A stretch of DNA of 61,147 nucleotides, counting the filler. It is 13 parts of 13 records of this genome, joined end to end, with 100 filler letters (N's around TTAATTAATTAA, not from the genome) between each part and the next. Parts side by side here need not be neighbours in the genome. Positions count along the whole stretch, not along the records: positions 12,721 to 15,721 come from SRR15195285_3049; positions 15,822 to 23,616 come from SRR15195285_3051; positions 23,717 to 28,106 come from SRR15195285_3057; 10 more parts are not named here. The stretch is one strand, 5' to 3'. Within the stretch, counting starts at the first letter, position 1. Every line of letters begins with the position of its first letter. The notes beneath the pieces were generated by a model. It did no database searches, was not told the origin of the DNA, and saw nothing but the letters and a program-made list of their open reading frames with translations. The position numbers and the translations under genes are program-made. This document shows positions 12,621 through 24,287 of the stretch, piece by piece.

Positions 12621-12720
12621 NNNNNNNNNNNNNNNNNNNNNNNNNNNNNNNNNNNNNNNNNNNNTTAATTAATTAANNNNNNNNNNNNNNNNNNNNNNNN
12701 NNNNNNNNNNNNNNNNNNNN
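12621..12720. other. Artificial contig linker
   Basis: 44N-TTAATTAATTAA-44N. Confidence 0.99.
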
Positions 12721-12985
12721 GTTTAGGGGTATTCTTGAGATCGGCCCAAACGCGCCGGTCTCGGAATTATTCCACATTTAACGTAATGGGCGCACTTGCG
12801 CGTGCTGTTGCCTCGTATATGGCCCTGCATAATTATATCGAAGCAACGCATGTGAATTATGACACAGACGCACTCATATTCATCGTTAATAAATAGTCCA
12901 AAGGTGTTGAACGGTGAAGTGTGGAATCAGCACGTGCGGAGCCCGCGCAAACTACAACGCACCTACAACTTGCTCGCTGTTCCTT

Positions 12986-15437
12986 TCAAGGGGCAACCAC
13001 AATGGCACGTGTATGTGTCGTCGGAGCGACAGTTTCGCCTCCACTTGTAGGTCGAACCTCGACATCTTCGACATCTACAGGTGCTGCTAGCGTAGTCGCA
13101 GCTCTTGCCTCCAGCTGCGGCGATTCGTCGCTCACCGGTCTTACTACAGTGTCAAGATCGGCCAGTGGTGTGGGTGTGCCACCAAGCCGGCTCCACGTCC
13201 AGTCTGAAGATGCCTGCAAGACCCCACGAGCCCACGTTATGCCAGCAAACATGTTAGATGTCCGAGCATCGGTCTCCTGCTTGGACTGATACCAGCAAGG
13301 TCAGTAGTTTAACTCACTACCCAGCCGACAAAGGCCCAGGATCCCAGCACAGCACCGACCCATAATATCCCGAAAACGTGGGCCACCTCGGTCGCCAACA
13401 CAGGCCCGAAGCCATTAACCTGCAGAAATCGAGTCAATGTGTTAAGCTTAGTTCTGACAAATCTATCTGGATAGCTGCATTCGGACCATTGCAGCTACAT
13501 TGTAGCTGATACCAATGGCAGTATTGCGCGTCTGGACGTCTGGCAGCTGCGATGCCATCCACCAAGTCAGCGGACCAACATGCATGCCTAGCCCGCCAGC
13601 AAGCACCACAGAGCCAACGAAGACCTGCATCGTCCGCTCGCCCCCACTTGATGGGCTGCTGATCAGATAGAAACAGGGTGGGCAGACAAACAGCCCCAGC
13701 CCAATTGCTCTGCGCAGGACTACCGCTGCGAGTCCGTTCACTAAGCTTAGCAAGTGCACGTTTGCAGTGGACGTTGGCAATTCGCTACGCTTGATTCAGC
13801 ATAACTTGGGAAGGGCTAAAAACCGTTGAAGACCATAGTGGTAATGTGCGCACCAGGGTCGCCACAGCGATCAGCCGCTATCCCAGCACCGACCAATGCG
13901 GCAAACCACTGTAGAAAGAAGGGCGATACTCTCAACGATGAACGGTGGACTCAAGTTTGGCAGTGGTACAATCCAATGGTTAACACGCAAACGCTGCTGC
14001 TACTAGAAAATCAGACGGACAGACAACACCACACCTACTAGACACACTAAAAAATATGCTGTGCTTACCACAAACATCGCAACTGTGTTGATCAAGTAGG
14101 CAGTGCTCCCATCCACAGGCAACCCAGCTGTCCACGGGCACGGGATGTAATCAGCGCTCCTCACCGGCTCCGCACCCATATCTACGAAGTTCAACCGATT
14201 GGTGTGAACCGGTTCGACACAGTCTTCTGCCGGCTCGCCAGCGGCCGGGGGTAGGTAAAGACAGCGATCGCTTGGATTTCCTTGGGTTGCGCTCTGCTCG
14301 CAGAGGTAACGGTAGTTCGAGACGATGGAAGGCAGCCAAGTGAATAAGATCCAGTAGGCACCCCCTGCATCCAAACACCGGGTTGACCCACGCAAGGTAA
14401 TCGAGTGAGAAGTCGAACTCCTCGTCTAGCCTGGGTTCAGCTAGGCCGTCCCATGGTACGAACTGCAAAATTGACCGTACCGTAAGGCAGGTTGACCAAA
14501 ATGATCCGCAATATCGTTCCATGCTGCAACCTGTTCCAAAATATTTGAATGAGTTCACGTGCAAAGGAATTGAATGTGGAATAGCTGAGACCACATGCCC
14601 CACCCAGCTTCGCGCTTGCTCTCACCTCAGAACAGTGCACGCTGGATTGTCCCGGCGCACTCCCTCACGCTCTTTGGCCTCAGTGAGCTGCTGCGACTCT
14701 GGCATGTGTTTGCGCAGAACCGTCGCCACGCATATCAGTAGCAAAGACAGTGCAAACGGTACGCGCCAAGCCCAACTGAGCATCTGCGCGGGCGTGAACA
14801 CCCAGCGGCACAGCGCCACGACCAGCGACCCGACAACGCTAGCGCTCGATGTTATATGCACGAGGCTGCCGACAAAACCCTTCCTCCCCTGAGGGGCCAG
14901 CTCCATCGCGTAGGTCATCGCTCCACTGAGCTGTCCTCCAACTGAAAATCCCTGCAGCAGCCGTACCAGGACCAGAAGGAGCGTCGACAACCACCCCAGC
15001 GTCGCGTAACCTGGCAGCACCGCAAGTGCGGCGGTTGGTACACCCATGATCATCACGGAGAGCCGCAACGCGTAGACGCGCCCATAGCGATCGCCAAGGT
15101 TTCCGAAGAAGAGGCCGCCGAACGGCCGCGCCACAAACGCTCCGGCAAAGGCACTAAACGCCTGTACCATCTGAGCGTTCGCGGACGCGGGCGGAAAGAA
15201 TGTAGCTGAGATCTCAGTCGCGAACAGTCCAAACAAAGCGAAGTCGAACCACTCCAAAAAATTCCCGATGCACCCTCCGATGAGCGCCCGGGCGAGAGTG
15301 CGCCCATCCAAGGACTGATGTATTGCGGTGCCGTCTGCAAACTGCGCCTGCTTGGCCATGGCGTCAGACGGTGGTTCGCCGCTATCCTCAATGAGGGCGC
15401 CATTGATCGACGGTCGATTCGGCCCGTGGGCCATCAT
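12986..15437 (-). CDS. MFS transporter, metabolite:H+ symporter (ProP proline/betaine-like) family, multi-exon
   Basis: GNFLEWFDFALFG, RPFGGLFFGNLGDRYGR, RLLQGFSVGGQ, WAWRVPF and RNTAIGISYNVA motifs. Confidence 0.9.
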
Positions 15438-15721
15438 CCTAGACGATTTCTCGTCAGATGTTCACAGGGTGACACCACGCCAGCGAGGGCTCCCAACCAT
15501 CAGCACGTCCGGCGTCGCGGTGCGTCCGACAGCGTCGCGGTCGGTCGTCTGCGTGCGGTGGCCGCTACGGTCGCGCGCGCTAGCCACAAGCTACGTATAC
15601 ACCTAGACCTACCTCAGCGCGCGCATCGGCCGGCATGCGCTTGACGCGCGCTGGCCCACGCGCCCGCGTTGCGCCGCACCCTGTAGTCTAGTGTAGTCAA
15701 GTAATGAGGGATGGACTCGTA

Positions 15722-15821
15722 NNNNNNNNNNNNNNNNNNNNNNNNNNNNNNNNNNNNNNNNNNNNTTAATTAATTAANNNNNNNNNNNNNNNNNNNNNNN
15801 NNNNNNNNNNNNNNNNNNNNN
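15722..15821. other. Artificial contig linker
   Basis: 44N-TTAATTAATTAA-44N. Confidence 0.99.
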
Positions 15822-15964
15822 AGTAGGGGCAGTAGGGGCAGTAGGGGCAGGGGAGGCTGGCGGCCCTGGGCATGATGAGGCTGCGGTGCCAATAGGTGTG
15901 GCACACACGGCGGAGTGCCGTCTGCAGACAGACGGTCTTTCAGAGGCGGCTTGAAGCAGTCGAG

Positions 15965-18900
15965 ATGGGGATGCGGATGTGTATCACCATGGGGGCGGTG
16001 GTGGTGGGGTGTGTGCCGTGGGAGGTTGGGGCGCAGCGGGGGGGCTCCGAGGGTGGGGAGTGCGATGCGGAACAGATGGCGCTGTATAGTGAGTGCTGGG
16101 CCGGGGGCTACTGCAGCGAGCGCTGCGGCAGCGGGGCCGACATGGCGAGGCGGCTCGGAGACTGCACGGTGGGCGGGGCGCTCGCGGTGGAGGCGCTGCG
16201 CAGGTGCTGCGACGCGGAGCAGCAGGCATTGGTGGCCCAGGGGGCGAGCTGCTTCGCGTGCGACACCGCCTGCCCCGTGCCCGAGACGCTCAGCGCGCTC
16301 GGCGGGTGCCGCCACCTCGGGAGCACCCTGGCCGACACGCTGCGGCGGTCCTGCGACGACGTGGCGGACTGCGACGCCCCGTCCGCGCACGCGACGAACC
16401 AGTCGCGCACGTGCTGGGGTGCGATCGGCGCTGAGCGCGAGCCGCCGTGCCATTACCAGTGCGAGGCCGGCTACGGCATCGTGGACGTCACCGCGGAGCT
16501 GACCGCCTCGTTCGAGAGGCACCACACGTTGACGCTGCGAGACGGGCGGAGCTGGCTCGGCCTGACGGAGGCGGTGACGTGCCCGGCCGGGAGCACCGAG
16601 TGGCAGCACAAGGGCGCGCCCCAGCGCGCCTGCGAGCCGTGCCCCAGCGGCCTGTATTCGGACGGTCACAGCGTGGGCTGCGCGCGGTGCCCCGTCGGCC
16701 ACGAGCCGCTGAACGCGACCGGCCTTGCGTCGACCAGCTGCCGGCCATGCGTCGAGCGCAAGCCGCCCGGCGCGTCGGTCTGGGAGCTCTCGCAGCTGCC
16801 ATGCGGCGACGGGGAGCTTCCGGACACCTGTCGGCGAGGGGTGTCCGACGGCACGCATTGCGAGCCGTGCGGGGCCAACGAACAGCCTTCGGCCAACGGG
16901 TCGAGCTGCGAAGCGTGCCAGCGCGAAACCGAGCACAGCACGGGGTACCTGTGCGAAGCGTGCCCACCGGGGTACCGGCCAGACCCAACGCGCGCCGCGT
17001 GCGTCGATATTCACGAGTGTGAGAATCCAGACAGCCACTGCTCCCCCGGTACGATCTGCAGAGACCTGGAGGGTTCGTACGAGTGCTCGGCCTGCCCGGA
17101 GACGGCAACCGGCACGCCGTACATCTCGTCGAACCCCAATGATCCGCACTTCTGCGACCGCGCGGACGGTCATGTTTGCGGGTGCATGGACATAGACGAG
17201 TGCGCTCCTGGCTACAAGCTTGGACTGCCCGGTTCGGACACGCGGGGGCCGGGGTACCTCCCTCGGTGGCCGGGAAGGAAGGATGGCCAAACGGCGTGTC
17301 CCGATAACTCCGTGTGCACGAACCTTGGCGTGTCCGGCGGTCTTGTGGTCAGCTGGTTGTCTACAGCGCTTGGCAGAGGCAGACGCTGGATCGCGGGACA
17401 GAGTGGGCACGATCCGGCATCACTGGGATACAACTGCAGCTGCATCGAAAACTCGACAGCCGTTCTACTCGGTGACACCGAGTACCATTTCCGTCGTGGC
17501 TTCGACTCGGAGAAATGGATGAACGAAGGCTACCAGACATGCGATGATATCGACGAGTGCACCACGGAACTACGCCCAACGGGCTATGTAGTCGATCGCA
17601 CGCAGGGCACAAATGGGCTCTTGGTCAAGCAATCCGGGGCGGCTGAAAACCTGCAACCGCTCCCCCCAGGCCAAGACTTCTGCACGCGGTTGCAGCGCGA
17701 GGGGTATTACTGCCCGAACGGCGGGATACCATACTTGCAGACACCCGTGGGACAGCCGATACGCCTCGATACTGTGTACGGTGATCGCGCTTCGCACACG
17801 ATTGATACAGGCGGAAAGAGAATACCCTGGACACATGAGGAGCATGGCAAATTTGGGCTGCAGCCGAGCGGCTGTTTGGCGGCGTTGCCATTTGATCAGC
17901 GAAACGGCACCAATGGTGCCAGCGAGGCAGACATCTTCGACCTTTCTGGTGATGCTATATCTTCGTTGGCTGAAGACGTGGCAGGTGGCGGCGGCCACAT
18001 CATCAATGAGATCGCGACGCAGATGGATGCCGCAACCCACGCAAACCAAAACCTGCTGCTATCCGCTGGCGTTTGTATCAACCTCCCAGGCACACACGCC
18101 TGCTGTATGGACTACAAGAAACTCATTCACAACCCGAGCTTGATCCGAGGACGAAAACCCATTAGCGCATGGGCCGATCAGGCCAACCCGTTTGCACCCG
18201 ACACGTACGTCTATCCACGAGAATGTCAACGGCTCGACTTCTGCACCGGTGAGCTGCAGCCCGACCCGGCTCAACCGCACTCCGGTGCCACCAACCGCAC
18301 AAGGACCGGCAAGCAGCGCGAGGATTGGAACAAGTACATCGTGAGCACCGGTGTCGGGCAGCCCGACACGGGTGGATGTGACCCGGAAACAACATGCAGC
18401 GCGACACCTCCGGCTACACGCGGCTACGCAAGCCGACGGGCGGATGGCGTTGTCGTGGCAGCGGGGGCGGGACGTCTGAATATGAACTGGGACAGCATGG
18501 AGGCGTGGTATGGCGTGAAGTGCTCACCCTGTCCTGCCACAGGCAAGGATGGCGCTGAACTGCAAGTGCGCTGGGGTGCACAGATCAGCCAGGATGTGGA
18601 AGGTGCGTTAGGTCCAGCACAAATCACGCCGAGGAAAGGCTGTGAAGTCGGTACAAGGGAGTGCCCCCACGAACCACTTTGGAATCAGTTCTGTTCAGAT
18701 CAGACAGACGCGCAAGAGAACGCCGCCACAGTCAGTACCGCAGTGATAGTCTTCTTTTTGGTTTGCTGCTGCGGTTTGATCAAGACCAACCGCTCTATGC
18801 AAGTGGAGCTGGAGGAAGCGCGGAGGAACGAGCTCCAGAAGCTAGTCCTGGAGAACTTTGAGAACCATCCTCGCAGGGCGGGGTATGTAGGCAACACTGG

Positions 18901-19510
18901 ACTGGAGGACGAGGCAATGCCAACACTAGAGCTCGATGCTGAAACGTTGACCAATCCAATGGCGCTGGGAGACTACGGCTGGAAGATGGCTCGCTTTCAA
19001 GTCGGCAACATCGGGCGGCTTGGTCGTGATGGCTTGGCAGTACTTACGACTGCCGTCGGTACGGTTGTCGATGTCACCACGGATGCCCTGGACCAGGCTG
19101 TAGAATTTGTCCCCGGGCAGCAGTATGCTCGGGAGCTCGTGAACGATGGCATCAATGTGGTGACGGATGCCACCGGCCGTGTAATTGACTCCACGGTCGA
19201 GTTTGTACCTGGTGCGGCTGCAGCTGGACAGATTTTGTCGGAGACCCTTGATGTGATTCCTGGGCGTGAGCTCCTGCCCGACGCTCTTGGTGGCCGGCGC
19301 CGTGGGCCCTTGGGCCAACCCACAGCGACGCAGCGTGGGGACGAGATTCTGGCGGAGTTGGGACAATCTATCACATCCATTGGGACGGGTAGCTCGTTGA
19401 GTGGCTCCGGCTCCAGTGTTGAAGGGACCCAGCATGCTCACAGGGACAGCGGTGAAGGTGTTGCTAGTGGTGGAGCCAGGAACGGCGCTGACAATCATCA
19501 TGTCCTGTAA
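15965..19510 (+). CDS. Single-pass membrane protein with Cys-rich (CxxC) and calcium-binding EGF-like domains
   Basis: Long uninterrupted ORF with CVDIHEC..C..C.DLEGSYEC, CMDIDEC and CDDIDEC; TM segment TAVIVFFLVCCCGLI. First in-frame ATG taken as the start. Confidence 0.82.
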   Translation: MGMRMCITMGAVVVGCVPWEVGAQRGGSEGGECDAEQMALYSECWAGGYCSERCGSGADMARRLGDCTVGGALAVEALRRCCDAEQQALVAQGASCFACDTACPVPETLSALGGCRHLGSTLADTLRRSCDDVADCDAPSAHATNQSRTCWGAIGAEREPPCHYQCEAGYGIVDVTAELTASFERHHTLTLRDGRSWLGLTEAVTCPAGSTEWQHKGAPQRACEPCPSGLYSDGHSVGCARCPVGHEPLNATGLASTSCRPCVERKPPGASVWELSQLPCGDGELPDTCRRGVSDGTHCEPCGANEQPSANGSSCEACQRETEHSTGYLCEACPPGYRPDPTRAACVDIHECENPDSHCSPGTICRDLEGSYECSACPETATGTPYISSNPNDPHFCDRADGHVCGCMDIDECAPGYKLGLPGSDTRGPGYLPRWPGRKDGQTACPDNSVCTNLGVSGGLVVSWLSTALGRGRRWIAGQSGHDPASLGYNCSCIENSTAVLLGDTEYHFRRGFDSEKWMNEGYQTCDDIDECTTELRPTGYVVDRTQGTNGLLVKQSGAAENLQPLPPGQDFCTRLQREGYYCPNGGIPYLQTPVGQPIRLDTVYGDRASHTIDTGGKRIPWTHEEHGKFGLQPSGCLAALPFDQRNGTNGASEADIFDLSGDAISSLAEDVAGGGGHIINEIATQMDAATHANQNLLLSAGVCINLPGTHACCMDYKKLIHNPSLIRGRKPISAWADQANPFAPDTYVYPRECQRLDFCTGELQPDPAQPHSGATNRTRTGKQREDWNKYIVSTGVGQPDTGGCDPETTCSATPPATRGYASRRADGVVVAAGAGRLNMNWDSMEAWYGVKCSPCPATGKDGAELQVRWGAQISQDVEGALGPAQITPRKGCEVGTRECPHEPLWNQFCSDQTDAQENAATVSTAVIVFFLVCCCGLIKTNRSMQVELEEARRNELQKLVLENFENHPRRAGYVGNTGLEDEAMPTLELDAETLTNPMALGDYGWKMARFQVGNIGRLGRDGLAVLTTAVGTVVDVTTDALDQAVEFVPGQQYARELVNDGINVVTDATGRVIDSTVEFVPGAAAAGQILSETLDVIPGRELLPDALGGRRRGPLGQPTATQRGDEILAELGQSITSIGTGSSLSGSGSSVEGTQHAHRDSGEGVASGGARNGADNHHVL

Positions 19511-19823
19511 TGGGCTCTTCAGGAGGGTGAAGCCGAGTTCGAGAGCTCGTGCCAGCGACCTGCCACATTGTACAGCATCTTGGCACGCCTTGTTCGCAAT
19601 TTTAATTGATATTTCATATTTATACCTTTCTTGCGTGGCGCCTTGGGTTGCATGCAGAATTTTAGTATGTGGGATGGACCAACCCCTCGCAATAGAGAGC
19701 ACGCGCCCATGCAGCTTCTGGTCGGCCGGTGCCTGTATGGGCTGGCGTGGAATACAGGTCTTGTGTGGGAAGCACAGAAGGTCACAAAAGTAGAAGTGAT
19801 CCCTCGTGTATTGATCTATTCCA

Positions 19824-21230
19824 TCAGTACTCCCGCAATCGTGCATTGACCGACAAGCCTGGCATGTCCCTTCGCAACCGTTGTGCCCATTCCTCGCCTC
19901 CTCGCAGAGCATCTTGCGCTTCCGGAGTTCCCCCCGTCGGCATTCGCTGGACGGTTTGTCCCATTCGCTGAACAGCGTTCGCCCACACTTCCTCGTCTTC
20001 TCCTTGCCCTCGTGCTAAAAATGTGCCCACTGCAGACTCCAGTTCGTGGCGGCCAAGCTCTCCATTGCCATCGCGGCCATTTTCAAGCCACGGGGCAAGA
20101 CCCTCTAGCGTCGCGGTGCCTGCACCATCTGAGCTTTGGCTACTAGCTTGAGTCACGGCCGATCTGGCAGACTCTGGAGATGTCGCTGCAACATCCGTCA
20201 TGCCGCCGCCTTGTGCTGCTCCACCTACTGGCGGCTCAAAATTGGGTTTGTCTTCTCGCCCCTGAAGCATCTCATCGACCGTGGAGTCTACAGCTGCTGC
20301 TCGGCACGAATCATCAATGCTCATGGATGCATCGGCCATTCGGCGCTCTAGTTGAGCAAAACTGTTCTGCATCGCCACCAGATCACTATGGCCGTCTGCC
20401 CGTGCTGCTGTTCCTGTCCCCATGCTGCTCCGACCTGGTGGTCCTGCATAATCACCGGTGCCAGCGAAGGGTGTGGGTGCTGCTGCGCCGGCGGCATCAC
20501 CAACGATGCTTTGCTGCACCATGGAGTTGATCTGTAGTCCGTATTCAAGCACAGAGTTTTCATACCACCGCAATTTGTTCTCGGCTTCCCCGGCGCCAGT
20601 GTCTCTGCTCGGGAGCTGTTCGGCCGTCCATCTGGAGTCTCCTTGGGCCTCACTATGCATCTGCTTACGGAAAGTGTCTTCCATGTCGTGCAAGTCCTCC
20701 GCCGTCATGTCGAAGCGCTTATGCGCAGAGCGCTTCCACGTTGAGACGTTGCCGCGGCGCTCTGCGGCAAGGCGGGCCCGAGTGTCATGATTTGTGGTAT
20801 CACCCAGTGCGCCACTTGACCGGGAGCGTCGGGCGTGGGAGCGAGATGCGTCGCCGAGCCCGCGCCGCGGCGGCGAGCCTTGTGCCTCCACGCGGCTGTC
20901 CGCGAACGACGGCGCGGGCAGCCGCTCGAATCGACTGCTGATCGGACCGTGGTCACCGCGGTGCTTGCTCATGACCAGGCGCGTGCGCAGGGCTGCGATC
21001 AGGCCGACCTTCGACATGGTCCCGGTCTGCTCCGGCGGCACGCCAAGCGCGAGGCAGAGCTCGGTCAGCTCGCTCTCGCTCAGCAAGTGCCAGTTCCCGC
21101 GCCCGCTCCGCAGTTGCGCCACCGTCGCGCCAGCCTTGCCAGTGCCGGTGCCGGTGCCGGTACCGGTGCCGAGCGGTGTGACTGCGCCGTGGCTCTGCCG
21201 CCGCCTCTGCTGCTGCACATGCGCCACCAT
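19824..21230 (-). CDS. Hypothetical protein (possible N-terminal helix-extension-helix motif, one EF-hand-like loop)
   Basis: Long ORF divergent from GALE; LSESELTELCLALGV...SKVGLIAALR; DGNGELGRHE. Confidence 0.6.
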   Translation of the reverse strand: MVAHVQQQRRRQSHGAVTPLGTGTGTGTGTGKAGATVAQLRSGRGNWHLLSESELTELCLALGVPPEQTGTMSKVGLIAALRTRLVMSKHRGDHGPISSRFERLPAPSFADSRVEAQGSPPRRGLGDASRSHARRSRSSGALGDTTNHDTRARLAAERRGNVSTWKRSAHKRFDMTAEDLHDMEDTFRKQMHSEAQGDSRWTAEQLPSRDTGAGEAENKLRWYENSVLEYGLQINSMVQQSIVGDAAGAAAPTPFAGTGDYAGPPGRSSMGTGTAARADGHSDLVAMQNSFAQLERRMADASMSIDDSCRAAAVDSTVDEMLQGREDKPNFEPPVGGAAQGGGMTDVAATSPESARSAVTQASSQSSDGAGTATLEGLAPWLENGRDGNGELGRHELESAVGTFLARGQGEDEEVWANAVQRMGQTVQRMPTGGTPEAQDALRGGEEWAQRLRRDMPGLSVNARLREY

Positions 21231-21685
21231 AGCCGCAATGTCCCGCCTCGCCCTCACCACGCGGGCCACCACGCACGCGGGCCACCACGCGCGCGGTACG
21301 CAGTTGAACAGTGAGCGAGTGAGGTGCGCCGGCCTCGTGATTCGTCGTGAAGTCGTGATCCGGAAACAAGACCATTCAATCGTATTGGGTGATCAGTTTT
21401 TTACGGTAGTCTTTTTTTCGAGATCACGGCTGAGAAATTCCATCCTCACAGTCACACTGCGGTTCACCCACCACATTCGACATGTCAAATGTGCATCAGC
21501 CATCACCCAACTCCGGCCATTCTGGGACAGGTGAACTCGTGTTCATTTCATATATATCATATATATGTTTGTGCAGTACCGGCGAGGCGACGTTGAGGGA
21601 GCAGGCCGCCACCTGCCACACCACAGGGAGCGAGGGCGGGGCCTGTGCATCGTAGCAGTACTAGCTCTAGCTATCGAGGGCGAGG

Positions 21686-23308
21686 ATGGCGGACGCGACC
21701 ACCACTGTGACGCATCCGGACGGGACGGTCGTCACCGTGACCACGCGCACGAGCGATGGTAAGGTCCCGGAGGCGGTGCCCATCGTCAAGGACCCGAGGC
21801 CGCGGGTGCTCGCGACGGGCGGGGCGGGCTTCATCGGGAGCCATACCGTCGTTGAGCTGCTCGGCGCGGGCATGGCGGTCGTGTGCGTCTAGCCTCGACT
21901 GATCGCCGCCAACGCACCCGCAGCGCTCTCCCCCCAACTCAACCCCGCTCGCCTGCCGCTTGCGCGCGCAGAGTCGTCGACAGCTACGACAACTCCAGCC
22001 CGGAGAGCATTGAGCGGGTCAGGGGGATCACCGGTTGCGCAGCGGATGACTTGATCCTGGTCGAGGCAGACCTGTGTGACGAGGACGCCGTCGAGAATCT
22101 GGTGCGCCGCGGTCTGCTTCTCGCCCTTGCTTTCTGCCGCCGCGCGCGCGAACTCAACTTCCGCTTGCGCTTGCGCTTTGCTCAGTTCCGCGGCTACAAT
22201 TTCACCTCCGTCATCCACTTCGCCGGCAAGAAGGCTGTCGGCGAGTCGGTGAAGATCCCGCTGCTGTACTACCAGAACAACATCACCGGCTCCCTCATTC
22301 TGATGGAAGCCATGAAGAAGCACGACGTGAAGAACCTCGTATTTTCCTCCTCCGCCACGGTCTACGGAGACCCGGAAAAGTTGCCGATCACGGAAGACTG
22401 CCGACTAACGGCAACCAACCCTTACGGGCGGACCAAGTTGTTCCTAGAGGAGATCATGCGCGACCTCTACAAGAGCGACGATTCGTGGAATATCCTGCTG
22501 CTGCGCTACTTCAACCCAGTGGGGGCGCATAAGAGCGGCAAGATCGGCGAGAACCCGAACGGCATCCCGAACAACCTCATGCCGTACATTGCGCAGGTTG
22601 CATCGGGGAAGCGGAAGGAGCTCTCAGTATTCGGCGACGACTGGGACACGAAAGATGGCACAGGCGTGCGGGAGTACGTGGCCCGATATATTTCTCTTGC
22701 GGCTTCGGTCTGCCCGCCTTCGTTTTGCGGCGATATGCCAACGCGACTTCAGCCGCCTTACGGTTCTTGTGCTGCGCTGTGCTCTGTGCGCTCTCGTGTG
22801 CATGCAGTTACATCCATGTCGTTGACCTGGCTCTCGGTCACGTCGCCGCTGTCAAGAAGTTGGAGGAGAAGCCTGGTTGTGTCGCAGTCAACTTGGGGAC
22901 TGGAACCGCGTACTCTGTGCTGGAGATGCTCTCAGGGGTGGGGAAGGCAGCTGGCAAGGAACTGCCGTACAAAATGTGCCCTCGGCGCGACGGCGATGTT
23001 GCAGCGTGCTACTGCGGTGCGCCACGTCGCCCCTCTCAATGCCGCTGCGCTTGGCGGTAGCTTGCTGCCGGCTGCCCACAGTTTCCATGCTGCTACTGAT
23101 GCTGAGCTGATGCATGAGTGTTGGTGGTTTCGATGCGCTGTGACTCGCGGCCGCGTCTGCGCGTGCAGACCCTAGCTATGCCAAGGAATTCCTTGGCTGG
23201 GAAGCAACCCGGGGATACGAAGAAATGTGCGAGGACTTGTGGCGCTGGCAATGTGACAACCCCGATGGTTTCGTCACGCCGTCCGGAAGCCCGCGTTCGC
23301 TAGCTTGA
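21686..23308 (+). CDS. GALE: UDP-glucose 4-epimerase, five exons
   Basis: [66 protein letters not shown] and RRDGD motifs. Intron donors at 21883, 22102, 22674 and 23017. Confidence 0.97.
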
Positions 23309-23616
23309 CGAGGTTAGCTGTGGGTGGGCACGACTCTGCGACAATCTGCCTTCGGGTGCTGGTGCGGTCGTGGCCAACGTGATTGGGTTGATGGCTAGCA
23401 AGATGGGAACAGGTGCTTCATTTGTATTGAACGCCGATGATGACGACGGCGATGCCCAAGCGTTGCCTCGTACGTATAAAATAAACGGAGGCATTACCCC
23501 ACGTGCACTGGCTACGCGTCGGGACTTGCCAAATTTACCCCGCGAACTAGGGTGTCACGAAGCGAAAGCTTAGAGAACCCTCTGGTTGACCAAGGTCATG
23601 ACGACTTGTGACTTGT

Positions 23617-23716
23617 NNNNNNNNNNNNNNNNNNNNNNNNNNNNNNNNNNNNNNNNNNNNTTAATTAATTAANNNNNNNNNNNNNNNNNNNNNNNNNNNN
23701 NNNNNNNNNNNNNNNN
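23617..23716. other. Artificial contig linker
   Basis: 44N-TTAATTAATTAA-44N. Confidence 0.99.
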
Positions 23717-24287
23717 GTTGCGTTTTATTTCGCGGTATAGAGTAAATGTCGGGAGAGTAGCACTATCACAAAGCAATGCGCGACCACGTTCACAAGACAC
23801 TGACGTGGAGTCAAAAGCTGAACCACATTGCACTTCGTATGGGAGACCCAGAACAGAGGGCAATCATAAGTCTAAACACGCAACCCTACCACGGCGAAAT
23901 GGTCTGTCCCAGAGAACCCCCTCGTGCAGCCAGTATCCCCTATGTAACGCTTTCTAGGAGGGCGGGGGTCGAAGGGAGCGGGGGTCCCTTCAACAACAAC
24001 ATGTATGTCCACCCTCAAAAACTGGAAGCTACGCGCAGTATTTGCTGCTACCTTGCGCTGTGTATCACCCGCCGATAGCACATTGAATGTGGGATGGGGA
24101 AAAATGATCGTGGGCACGGTTATCGTAAGCATTGTGGTAAGTTCTTTTGTCCGTCTGTGCAAAAGGAAGCGTGCCAAGGGCATAGACGACGAGTCCATTT
24201 ATGGCGATTTCATCACACCAGGGATTGCACAGCTGCGAGGGTATGGGAAACAAAAGTCGATCCAAACGGCATACGACCGGGCTACAA

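Noticed and set aside
15822-15853. (AGTAGGGGC)3, and similar G-rich contig-end repeats, as telomeres
   Set aside because: Few copies and different units at different ends; more simply microsatellites where assembly broke.
15770-17410. 546-aa minus-strand ORF and other long overlapping ORFs
   Set aside because: Antisense shadow of the GC-rich EGF gene; Arg/Ala/Pro-rich with no domain signal.
21686-23308. Apparent frameshifts or pseudogenisation in GALE and other split genes
   Set aside because: The breaks I traced resolve as GT-AG introns that restore frame and conserved motifs.
23717-24280. Short ORFs downstream of the monooxygenase-like gene
   Set aside because: No recognisable motifs or consistent exon structure; probably UTR or intergenic DNA.
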